Origin: Hydrolagus affinis
Lineage: Eukaryota
Reading direction: 5' to 3'
Length of the DNA: 64,000 nt
Assembly: GCA_012026655.1 (NCBI GenBank)
Contig: JAAILG010000134.1
Location: 1-64,000, forward strand
Below are positions 12,431 through 23,064 of the stretch, in pieces (the first letter of the stretch is position 1; every line of letters starts with the position of its first letter). The notes under the pieces are model-generated. The model saw only the letters and a list, made by a program, of their open reading frames with translations, searched no databases and was not told where the DNA came from. Made by a program: the position numbers and the translations under genes.

Positions 12431-13039
12431 CAAGGGTTAAATGCATTTTGTGTTGCTCAACCATTGAAAAATGCAGCCCAAAGTGATGTCTGCTTTTGGA
12501 GTGTGAGATATTCCCTTCATTTGTTTTAAGCATTTATGTGGCTAGCTTCTCGGCTGCCCTCAAAATTATTAGTGTTTACACAGCTTTTAACAACCATCGA
12601 GATAGATTTGTTTTCATCAATAAGAAAAGAAAGCGATCATAAAACGTTGATAGCTGGGTTTGATTTAAATGTAAATTGGTATGTGAATTTCATTAATGAC
12701 CTTCACTTTATTGACTAAGAAGAGTTCTTTCTGCAGGTCAATAGTGCTTTATTGCTTCTCCATTGTAAAATGGCTTGGTGCCACCACTTACATGGGGGCA
12801 CGTAGATAATAAAATACACTGTCAAATTTATGCCGTCTCGTTTTCTAACCATACCTATCTGGCCAAGACTGTTTAGTCTGCGGTATGGGTCCTCACACAT
12901 AGTTAAGTGGCTCCATTTGTTACAGTTTATTCTCACTATTCAGTCCTCTCTGTATACCCTTGGTTCTGGATAATTTGCTGATTGATGAGGACGTCAGCAT
13001 TGAACATGAAATCTGATTTTTAAAACATTTACAACAACA

Positions 13040-13240
13040 TCCCTCTGATAGCTCAGCAAGTTTATTCAGTGGGTAACTGAGCCACACAATCTGGAACGTT
13101 ATAAATTTAAATGCTGGGTTGGGTCAGGATTGAGTTCACTAATCTCAGCCAGGACACTAGTAAAAGCTACTTGGGCTACCAAATGAAAAATCCCAGTAAG
13201 TGTCCCTAACCCTGATTGCTACCAAGTGAATCTCTGAATC
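13040..13240 (+). mobile_element. Ancient tRNA-SINE relic (AmnSINE2-like)
   Basis: gatagctcag...actgagccacaca...tgagttcactaatctcagccagg...gaaaaatc...cctgattgctaccaagtga resembles the recalled AmnSINE2-type consensus (ACTGAGCCACACAGACC...TGAGTTAGCTGATCTCAGCC...CCTGATTGCTATCCAGTGA). Confidence 0.45.
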
Positions 13241-13315
13241 TTTTGTTTTCCCGTGTTGTTCCCTGCCAATAATCCATGGTCAAGCAACACTCACGTTGGA
13301 ATCAGAACTACTCAC

Positions 13316-13344
13316 GTAGCTCGGACAAGATCCCAGATGGTGAT
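13316..13344 (-). other. Candidate 29-nt exon (alternative donor extends it to 13295, 50 nt)
   Basis: ~60-nt pyrimidine tract, then tgcag|ATCACCATCTGGGATCTTGTCCGAGCTAC|gtgagt; a second gtgagt lies 21 nt further. Host gene not recognised. Confidence 0.4.
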
Positions 13345-14633
13345 CTGCAGCCATGAAAGAGGGAATAAAAGACTTTTGAGAAAGAGAACGAGAGAAAAAA
13401 AGTAAACAAAACAAAATATTTGCACCTCCGCAAGGCCATATGCAGTTCATTGACAAATTGGGATGTCTTGTAGTTGGCACAAACAAATGCTCTCATATAA
13501 AAATAGTCACTACATTCCACAGTGAAATCCTGTGAAGTGTGAAGGCATTTCAACAAAATTCTAAAATGTTATATCAAATGCAAGTATTATTAATTATTAC
13601 AATTATGTCACTTTAATAAACATTCATGCCAATTAAATACAATAATGAATCCGATCACCAAATACCATACTTGTGATCTTTTACTTCAGAAACATTACAA
13701 TTATCTGTGGTCATAAATCTCTAAATATAAATGAGTTCAGTGAATGAAGGGAGGCAGTGCTCTGATGGCAGCTGTTAACTTCTTACTGAATGTTCACTGC
13801 TGGAACTCTGCAGGGCTACCACTGAGATGAGCCATGCTAATGAAATGATGAAAAGTTCAGCCTGATTAACTAAAGTAGGAGGTGATAAACCCCTATTAAT
13901 ATGTGACAAATTTTCTCTTGATAACTGTGCAGTTAGCAGATTTTGCCATCTGTGTCCCAGAACTATAATAAATGATCGAATGGAAAATGCAATTTCTTAA
14001 ACAATAGAATAATGTCAAAATTGTGGAAAACACCAACATTGTCATTGTTTTTATTTATCCATAATATTTTTGCAATTGTTTGCATAAGTAGAATTTCTCT
14101 GCAGGACTTGATGTCCAAGCGCTCTGAGATGCTATCTCGCATGAAGAGTGCTATATAAATGCAAGTTGTTGTTGTATTCATCTGTGATTCCAATTTCTGA
14201 CTTGGTTGCTCAAAATCACATGAATGTTTGCGGAGCTGAAATTCCATTTGGTGTTACCCGTAGCAACTTTGGTTACATTTAATATGTTGCCTTTCAGTTT
14301 GCGGGGCATCTCAAAGTGTTTCAAGAGACACACTGTAAAATGGAATGCATTTTGTAAGTGAATGCAGTCAAATGTGGCCTTGCCATTAACAACCAATGTA
14401 CCCAATGCTGGCTGGAATTTCAGCCTTACTTCAATAAATTACAAGATGAGAACAAGTTTCAACAAAAAGACAAACCATGATGTGACTCCTTACAGTGGAT
14501 CAGGAGTATCCAGAATCTAATATCTTCATTGGTTATATGCCCCGGAATAGCACCCGAACATTGTTGAAGAGATAATGCTGGGCAAAGGAAACCTGAAGTT
14601 GCTACTTCATTATAATACTGAAACTGAGCCAAA

Positions 14634-14975
14634 GTGTCAGTCTGGTTCAGTGGTAGCACTCTTGCTACATTGGGACTTGAATTCACCTACTCTTAGGGTT
14701 TATTGCATTGTCAGAGGCGACATCCTATAAACGAGACGTTGAATCTGCTCTGCAGAAGGACGTTAAAGATCCCATTATCCTATTCAAAAAGAGAAGGAAG
14801 TGTCTTGTCCCACAAATTCTGAAAAATGGTAATTCACTTCATGGCTGTTTGTGGGACATTACTGTGCCGTATTGACAAATGCACTAATACACAGTCATTT
14901 CACTTCACAGTAACCCAGAGAAGGGCTTTCAGACATCCTCTCAAAAAGCACTATATCGATTGCAAGTATTACTAA
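14634..14975 (+). mobile_element. Old full-length DeuSINE (SacSINE1/AmnSINE1-like Deu domain)
   Basis: Head gtgtcagtctggttcagtggtagcactcttgc; Deu domain gcattgtcagaggcgacatcc...gagacgttgaa...ggacgttaaagatcccatt...ctattcaaaaagag; then gctgtttgtgggacatt and an L2-like tail. Confidence 0.75.
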
Positions 14976-16029
14976 TTATTTTTATTTATCACAATGTCTG
15001 CAATTGTCAAGCTGATATGAATCATTGCACACGATCAAATAATAATCTGTAACAAGCTTTGAGAGCAGTTGACAGGAAATATCAACCAAGATTTTTTCTC
15101 CCCAGCATGAAAGTTGATGAAGGATAAGTTACTGAACAGCGTGATCCTCAATGACCACTTAACCCACCACATGACAATGATGGCCCAATACCAGAGTTCT
15201 GCCAGGAGTTGATGAAAGAGCTTTTGACATTTTGTAGACATTCACTCCAATACCGCAGCTTAAAGACCTGAGGCACCTGGAATTGTTCACCACAATAAAC
15301 ACCTTTGGCTCAAACCTTGCAAATATCGAACAAAAAGTCTGCAAGCCACACAAAAGTGTAATGTGTCTGCGGTACAGCTCAGCAGATGGAATTTGCGTGG
15401 CCATTATATTGTGTATCGCTTTTATTACGTTGTATTTCACACCATAGCGTTCGATATCAATTGTGAGTAATCAAGCATGAGAACTCTTAGAAATGGCAGA
15501 CACAGACAAATAACCTAATTTTCAGATCTTTAGATGCACAAGGCACAGTTACATAAAAGGTGGTATTGGATGTGATCTTTTGTTTCACAGTTCATGAAAA
15601 AAAATTCTTGTCTTAGATACCTTTTACAGAGCTTAGATAGAATTCGGAATCACAATTGATGATGATCTACTGCAAATAGTAAAGGGAAAGAGTCAATTTG
15701 CTTGAAGCATGTCCCAGGAGATAAAAGGCTCAGCTGCTGGCAGTCTTTGAGACTCAAACACTGTGGGACTCTAGAATGTGTGAGGGACACCATAAATGAA
15801 AGCTTTTGTTGTTGCTTTTGAGAATGGTGGAGAATAGAACATGACTATGTTGCATTCAAGACACTTGGATCATTCTACACCATTAATTTAAGAATAATGA
15901 CTTCATAAATTGTTTCAAACCCAAAGATGTTACATGCATGATAAATTATTCAATCCAACTAGAGTACTTGAATTTTCAACAAATGCCATTCTTCTTTTGC
16001 ATTCGGTGTTTGGACTTTTTTCCATTGCC

Positions 16030-16182
16030 ACATACAGTAGTTTGGGATCTTCATCACTCACTCAAAATCCCACCCTTTCCCTCCACCCTCCCCATCCCCA
16101 GCTCGGGTTTGAAACAATGACTGTCCAGCGCCTTGTGATGTAAAAGGCACTGTATAAGTGCAATTTTGTTGTTGTTGTTGTT
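16030..16182 (+). mobile_element. L2 3' end fragment
   Basis: ccccagctcggg...cagcgccttgtgatgtaaaaggcactgtataagtgcaatttt(GTT)n, as at 58420-58514. Confidence 0.7.
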
Positions 16183-17145
16183 CATTGGTCAGAAACATCA
16201 GAGTGATTTTTTACATCAACATTCACATTGGAATGAGTGAAGAAATGACATTTTATTCAGATCTGCTGCAGAGATATTTAATTTTCAGCATATCATAGCA
16301 GGTGTGTGTAAATGCGTACACGTGCAAATCTGGAAGGGATGGGCCTGTGGAATGATGCAATATTGCCACAAGGTGCAAAATAGAAAAATGTTTCATTCAT
16401 CACTGTCAGGCACCATTTAAAGAGAACTGGAAAATACATAGGAAGAAATGCATTGAAAGTTCTTGACCCAGCACAGCCACCACTTACAATGGCTAACTGA
16501 AGCATATCCACATGATACAAGCAAAATTACCACATGACCAAAAGGGTTGACTTTTTATTTATTTGCGTCTACCAAAAACGTTAAGGATTCATTTTGTAAA
16601 GCAATAGATTGATAACCAGGTGCCTTTTATATGAAAAGAATAAACAAATAGAATAAAATAAACAAATAGATCCCAGTATCACAAAAAGAACAGAATACCA
16701 CAGTAGATTTGAGGCGACAAGCGAATATTTTAGGTGGTCCTGATCTTTTCCAGAAGCAAATGTGGGAAAAGATTTATTGCCTGCCCTGACCATTGTGTCT
16801 TTGAATGCAAGCAGCAATACAGTATAATCAAATGAATTTGCAGACTACTTTATACAGAGGTCACACCTGAAGATGGACAGTAAACTACAAGCTGTAAAAT
16901 ACCAAACACAATCTCAACCTTACAAAGATACAGTAATTGTATACAGTATTAGTAAATCTGCATAGCTGCAAGAATTGGGGCACTGACTGTTTTTATAAGT
17001 AAATTCACAGTAATAATAGAAGTTATAGTTGCACTCAAGCACCACTTAAACTCTAGTGGTCCAAAGACCTTTCTTTTGAAAAAAACAATAAGACATTTAG
17101 GCAAAGCCTTTTGCCTCAGTTCAGCAACAAAGCATGCTTGTTTGC

Positions 17146-17230
17146 GTGCTAACCTGGCTCAGTTGGTTGCGTTTGAGTAGGAAGGTTGTTGGTTCAAGCC
17201 ATGTCAGGCTTGGAACGCATAATCGCTGTA
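17146..17230 (+). mobile_element. DeuSINE tRNA-like head fragment
   Basis: tggctcagttggtt...tgagtaggaaggttgttggttcaagcc (A and B boxes), like the head at 61968-62420. Confidence 0.5.
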
Positions 17231-18519
17231 TGATTGCTTCTGTCCAAGTGACTAAATACATTAACAATATGTATTTTGTGATCAAAGGCAGATTGCAAGC
17301 ATCAGAACTAAATTCATTATTCTTACCCTGCCTGAGATTCCAGAGTAATATTTCAGTCAATAATGTTTCTAGATCATATACAACACTTTGTACAAGTTCT
17401 GTATGTATTTTTACAAGTTATTTTCTTTTACTGGAATTCATTGATTTGGTGATGAGGTTGCAAAACTGCCTTGCCTAGATTCTTGGACCATCATTGAAAT
17501 TGGTGGGAGCAGAAATGTCTAAGTACTGTATTCATCATAATACCCAAGACAGTATTTTTTTAAAACAAAACAGGAATAAAATGTTAACATAGATTAAACT
17601 ACAGACTTCAAGACAGTATAAACAATTATAGATATCTCCCCAAACAAATTAAACATTGTCATCAAACAATCCAAATAATTCAAATCTTTCCCAAATGAAT
17701 CCTCCGCCTAAAACCTATAGTAATAAAACAGGTTGTCTCCTCTGCTGAGGATGGCATGTAACATCCAGATGTACTCACGACATTCCCTAATCCCGGAAGG
17801 TGGCGTGGCTCCCACAAGATTAATTTGCACTGAAACATGAACATTGAAGATGTTTCCAGAGCAATTTGTAGCTAACTTGTTGCATTATTCGATTATTTTA
17901 ATGCAAGGTTCTTTTGTGTTAATTAAGTCAGAGATTTTGGTGCTAGACATCGGAATAACTTTTCATTGTTACTCATGATATTAATATTTAGCACTGCTGG
18001 TTTATGGAGACCATGGAAGCAAAGCAAACTGTAGTTTCTTCAACCCAGCAACGCATCTTAAAACCAGTCCCTGAAGAGGATGAAATATACAACACCAAAC
18101 TGTCATTTCCAGTTTCCAGACCAGTTGCTTTTGCAACCTTTGTGAGTCACACTGCAATTAGTGCCAAGTTACAGGACTCAGCTCCAGTAGAAGGTGAACA
18201 AGGTTGCCCTACTCATTTCACAGAGAAACCCCCGATAACAGCAGAGTTGTTCAGGCTTGAACCAAAGCACCAGTTTTTTAAAACCACTAAACCACCCGAT
18301 CATGAGATCAGAAACACCATTCTATTTGACAAATATTATTTTAAAATTAAATGACATAAGCAGCATTTGTTTTTAGTGTTAATGGCTCAATAGATCTAAT
18401 CTTGTGATCTAATCTTCGATTATTTTTCTGCGTTACCAGTTTGTGCATTTTTCTGACCTTTCTAACCTATTTATTCAGACCGTCACTTTAAATGAACCCA
18501 AAACAGCCTACCTTCTTTA

Positions 18520-19175
18520 AACAACAAGAAAATTACATTTGTATAGTGCCTTTCACGTTCGGAGGACGTCCTAAGGTGCTGGACAATCATTGTTTCAGAC
18601 ATGAGCTGGGGTCGGAGACAGTGGAGGGAAATGGGAGGATATGGGGTGACCAATAAGACAGTCAAAGAAGAGGGTCTTGAGGTGGGACTTGTAGGAGACT
18701 AGGGAAGGGGCAAGGCGGAAGGAATGCAGGATGGAGTTCCATAGGTTAGGTGCAGAGTGGCTGAAGGCTCGCACACCAATGATGGGGCGAGTGGGTCAGG
18801 GGACATAGAGCAGACTGGAGCCTGCTGAACGGAGGGGGCGGGCAGGTTGGTAGATGGTTAGGAGGTCTCAGAGGTGGAGGGCTTTGAATGTGAGGACCAA
18901 GATCTTGAATTGAATCCTCTGGGTGATGGGGGGTGGATCCTGAGGGAGAGGAAATAGTGAGGTAGTGGTGGATGGGGTAGAGGTGGCTGAATGGATCCCC
19001 TCAATTTTAGATTCAAGGAAGTCCAGCATCTCCTCGCCGTTGGCAATGAAGGATAGGATGGGTGAGGCATGGGAGGGTGGATGGAGGAGACGGTTTGTGG
19101 TGGAGAAGAGGAGCCTAGGTTATCCTTGGCCTCCAAGGTTAACTTGGAGTAGTAGGAGGACAAGGGCGGAGCATT
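18520..19175 (-). mobile_element. Internally deleted L2 LINE
   Basis: (TTG)n tail and stem-loop at 18520-18580. 18660-18925 aligns to 30390-30685 ([14 protein letters not shown]). 18940-19175 aligns to 32030-32270 (YYSKLTLEAKDN vs YNSNIILEVNNN). The RT core between them is absent. Confidence 0.8.
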
Positions 19176-19396
19176 AGGTCTTAGTGTCATCCAAATCAAC
19201 AGATGGACCATTAGTTCAGATTTGGTCGAGGCACGTTTGGCATGGATTCATTATGAGCCATTAGAAATAAGAACCATATCTTCTCTCAAGAAAGTTTGCT
19301 TTTGCTTTGAGTAATTTGCGCTTCAACATTGAGTTGATACTGCTATTGTGTGCATATTTTTAATATTTCCAAAGTTACTTTCACAATATAAGCATT

Positions 19397-19772
19397 GTGA
19401 AGTCCTGTAGTGTAGTGGTTGGAGCATTCAACAACAACAAAATTGCATGTATATAGCGCCCTTCACGTCGGGAGAACGTCCCAAAGCGCATTCGCCTTGC
19501 AAGCGAGAGACCTGGGTTCGATTCCAGGCAGGGCAAAACCTTGGGCAACTTTCCTTACTCCACACGGTCAATAATAATCCCTCACAAAAAAAAACAATAA
19601 AGAATTGGTCATTTCAATCTATAACTGTTTGTAGAACACTGCTGTGCGCAATTGGCTATCACATTTCACTCCCAAATAACAGTCAATTCACTTTACAGTA
19701 TATTCTGTGAAGCGTTTTGAGATGTCTAGAAGATGTGAAAAGTGCTACATCAAATGCAAGGATTATTCTTAT
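19397..19772 (+). mobile_element. Full-length SINE with a nested L2 tail in its tRNA head
   Basis: agtcctgtagtgtagtggttggagcattc [insert] gccttgcaagcgagagacctgggttcgattcc...ccttgggcaactttccttactccacac...caaatgcaaggattatt. Confidence 0.9.
19430..19487 (-). mobile_element. 58-bp L2 3' tail insertion with GCATTC TSD
   Basis: aacaacaacaaaattgcatgtatatagcgcccttcacgtcgggagaacgtcccaaagc flanked by GCATTC at 19424-19429 and 19488-19493. Confidence 0.85.
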
Positions 19773-20606
19773 ATCCTGAACTTTAGTTCTGAAAATACTA
19801 CATTTGGTGAAAAGACAAATTATATCACTCTGGTAGTGAAACAAATGATCTGTCTATTTCAAGATTGTTCATTCATTCACACTTAAACATGCAATACAAT
19901 TCTATTCATTCAGGTATTTCACAGATGGATATGAACAAAGCGAAAGATTTTTCTCTGAAATGCCCAGGTTGCAATGGAAACTACACCCATTAAGCAAATG
20001 ACAACTCATTGAGAATCAGTTAGGATAAGAAAGATAGTCATTTTTTGGAAACATGCAGAATTAGAGAAAGGTGCCAAACTAATAATCTCCTAAATTTAAT
20101 CCTTAGAATTTTAAATTCAGTTTTGATGCTGAAATACTGATGCTGAGGTTAAAATCCATGAATATTAAAAATATTCCACTTATTCTAAGCACCAAACAAT
20201 TAATTTGTCACCTTTCAGCATCTGTGCATTGACTAAAGTATTTTGGCTGCTATTCTGTTCACAGTAAGAACAGGCCATAATTTTCTCCCATATGTCTTTC
20301 TTCATGAGTGGATGGGAATGGGGGAATTAGTTTGAGTTCATTCATCCTTGAAACATGTTAGAATTATGAAAAAAAAAGGTTTGAATGAAAGAAGCTACCA
20401 ATTGTACAGGGTGATAATAGTTAAATGGAAAATAATCACCATTATAAATAATGATTAACAACCCTGAGAAGAGAATGAGAGACCGTTCTCAATCTCATTT
20501 TTCACGGTTTAGCTTTCACTTCCACTTTGTCATTTTCTAACCAAAACAATTCGTGTTTTTTTAAACCTGGAGTGATAGTTTGCTCCCTGATTTTACAGTG
20601 GTTTTA

Positions 20607-20780
20607 CAACAACAATTGATATAATGCCTTTCATATCAGGAGGACATCTCAAAGTGCATCTGGGAGGCCAAGCTGAGGAAATTGGAGGGAAAGGTAACAA
20701 AAAGTACGTTTGGTAAGAAAGGTTTTTAGGTAGTTTAAAGGTGAGAATCTTCAGGATGGAGTTTCAGAGAGCAGGGGCAG
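20607..20780 (-). mobile_element. L2 3' end fragment
   Basis: acaacaacaa...atgcctttcatatcaggaggacatctcaaagtgc...caggatggagtttcagagag; similar to 18520-18750. Confidence 0.6.
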
Positions 20781-22354
20781 AAAATTTGCATTTATAATGC
20801 ATTGGACACCCAGACGTTATACCCTGGGAGAGGACTGGAGGAAATAATAATAATAATATGGGTTGGGAAATTAGGGTTAATAACAATAATCCTTGCATTT
20901 GATACTCACATCATGAGGATGTCGCAAAATGCTTCAAGGATTTACTGTACAGTGTAGTGACTGAATTTGTTTGGTAGGCATATGTCACGCCAAACCTCAG
21001 TGCAGAGGAGCTATGGCAGGGCCCTTCATCATGCAATAAAGCAGTCTCAGCCTAGAGAGACATGTATGCAGCAAAGAGGCTATTGAAACAAAACCAAAAT
21101 ATAGATTTCACAAAACAAAACAAGAAAAAGGGGGGAAAAAATTGGAGTTTGGGAAAATGTATTGGCATATTTCATTGCTCTTAAGAGTTAATATTTTGTT
21201 ATATTGACGGTCAGCAAAAGATCTTTCTCGTACTAAAAGGTTAGACTTGAACCTCTCCCGAGTCTGGTGACATAAAGAAAGCACTTTTATTTTTTTTTGG
21301 CCTTTTCTAATTGAAGATGGGCTCTGAGACCTTATCCTGCATGAAGGGAACCATATAAATCCAAGCTGTTGTTGTCATGGCTTGTGCTGCCATTCATCCA
21401 CAGTCACCACTGCCTCTTGCCCACAGCAGCTAACAAATGCTTGAGCAAACGGTCTACTTAAAAAAGTATGAATATACAGTATTCTGATTGAGGATTTCAG
21501 CATTCCAAACATTTGTATCCTTTACATGAACAATTCCAAGAAAATGTCACTTAATTATTCTGTAAGCCGGAGTTGCAAGATTGTTCTCATTGTTGGCTGT
21601 TTGTAACCGCAAGCTCCATTCTGTACTTTTCCTCATTACTGAACAGCTGTCTCTTTGGAGGTCGGCTATGGTGCAGACATCACACCCAGTGAGCAAGTGT
21701 TATCTGAACTATACAGACCTGGTGGTCATATGCAGCTTATAGAAAATAGGCTGATGCCCTCAGGTCTCATCAGTATTCAAAATGATGCTCCAATCTGAGG
21801 TGCCCCAGGCAGACAACTGCTATACACAGTCATCCTTACAGAGGCAAAATTAATTTTTTAGGGAACAACAAATATAATCATTGAAAATAGAAAAAAATAG
21901 CTTTGTGCATTGGTCTTTTAGTTTCCTTGATAATGGGGGTGCAATGAGGGTTGATAGGATTAGTTTTTTTTGCTGTATCCATCTGTTTCTGTGTAAGCAT
22001 ATCATTATCGTGTCAAATTCATAAACAAAATGGCCTCCTTCTGTGATGGAATGCTTATGGTTCCAACTAGTATATTGAATATCGCCAGCGTGAAGTATTC
22101 CTTCGCTGAAATGAACTATTAACATCCATTCAAATCCCCTTATCTGGGGCTGCCTGAACCACTGAGTTTTACAGCTACAAAGACTATTCCTTATCAGACA
22201 TGCAAAATCATCCTGTCATCTGCAGCTCCTCACTCCTTTACCTCCACTGACCACAAACTGTTTATCAAACCAAGTAGTCCTTGTTCTTCCTACACTCAAA
22301 CTAAACTCAAAGTCAAAGGCAAATAAAAAGGCAAAAGCAAAGGCTGCCACAGTT

Positions 22355-22620
22355 AGTCCACAAATGTACAGTTAATTCACTTCACAGTACAGTATATTCT
22401 GTGAAGTGCTTTGAGACGTCTAGAAGACATGAAAAAGATGTGAAAAGCGCTAAATCAGGTGCAAGATTATTAAATATTTTCTCTTGTACAATATCACTGA
22501 TAATGCCAAACCTATGTACTATGGACAGCCTTGAGCATCATAATAATAATCCTTGCATTTGATATAGTACTTTTCACGTATTTGAGACATCTCAAAGCGC
22601 TTCACAGAATACACTGTAGA
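22355..22620. mobile_element. Two SINE tail fragments in tail-to-tail orientation (22355-22472 +, 22540-22620 -)
   Basis: Both match the SINE tail cagtatattctgtgaagcgctttgagacgtc...gtgaaaagcgctatatcaaatgcaaggattatt. Confidence 0.75.
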
Positions 22621-22629
22621 ATCAAAAAG

Positions 22630-22830
22630 CCACTGATGTGTTGAAGGGATTCCAGAGAAGAGCAATCAGGATGATTCGGGGTCTCGGAGCTCACTGGAGC
22701 AAAGAAGAGGACTGAGAGAAACATGGTTTCAGGCTGTTAAAATACTGAAAGTTACAGATGATGCAAGCAGTCTATGTGACTTGGACTGTGAGGGTAAATG
22801 CACGGTATATGTTTAAAACGAGCAAGCTAC
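22630..22830 (+). mobile_element. CR1 ORF2 C-terminal relic
   Basis: ttgaagggattccagagaagagcaatcaggatgattcggggtctc...ctggagcaaagaagaggactgagag corresponds to degraded LE.VQRRA.RMIRGL...LEQRRLR. Confidence 0.55.
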
Positions 22831-22879
22831 AACCAATATTGCAGTACTGTAGCACATGTGGAGCACATGTTTTTACGTT

Positions 22880-22933
22880 CCACCCCATCCCCCATCCCCC
22901 CACCCCACCCCACCCCCCCCACACACACACACA
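22880..22933 (-). repeat. C-rich low-complexity tract (G-quadruplex-capable on minus strand) plus (CA)n
   Basis: ccaccccatcccccatccccccaccccaccccaccccccccacacacacacaca. Confidence 0.7.
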
Positions 22934-23007
22934 TAAAGTAAAATGATTGTGTATATTAACGATTTTATTCGAAAAAGGCCCAAATAAATCTGGGGTTGGA
23001 AGTGGTA

Positions 23008-23064
23008 AACAAAAAAAAATTACATTTGTATAGCACATTTCACGTTGGGAGGATGTCCCAAGGT
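23008..23064 (-). mobile_element. L2 3' tail-only fragment
   Basis: aaattacatttgtatagcacatttcacgttgggaggatgtcccaagg. Confidence 0.75.

Noticed and set aside
12855-13012. 158-nt AG/GT-bounded minus-strand segment
   Set aside because: Weak acceptor and stop codons in all three frames; not supportable as a coding exon.
18004-18354. 116-aa ATG ORF (METMEAKQ...)
   Set aside because: No recognisable domain or splice structure; it includes a hAT-TIR-like word (AGGTTGCC), and ORFs of this size can occur by chance in 64 kb.
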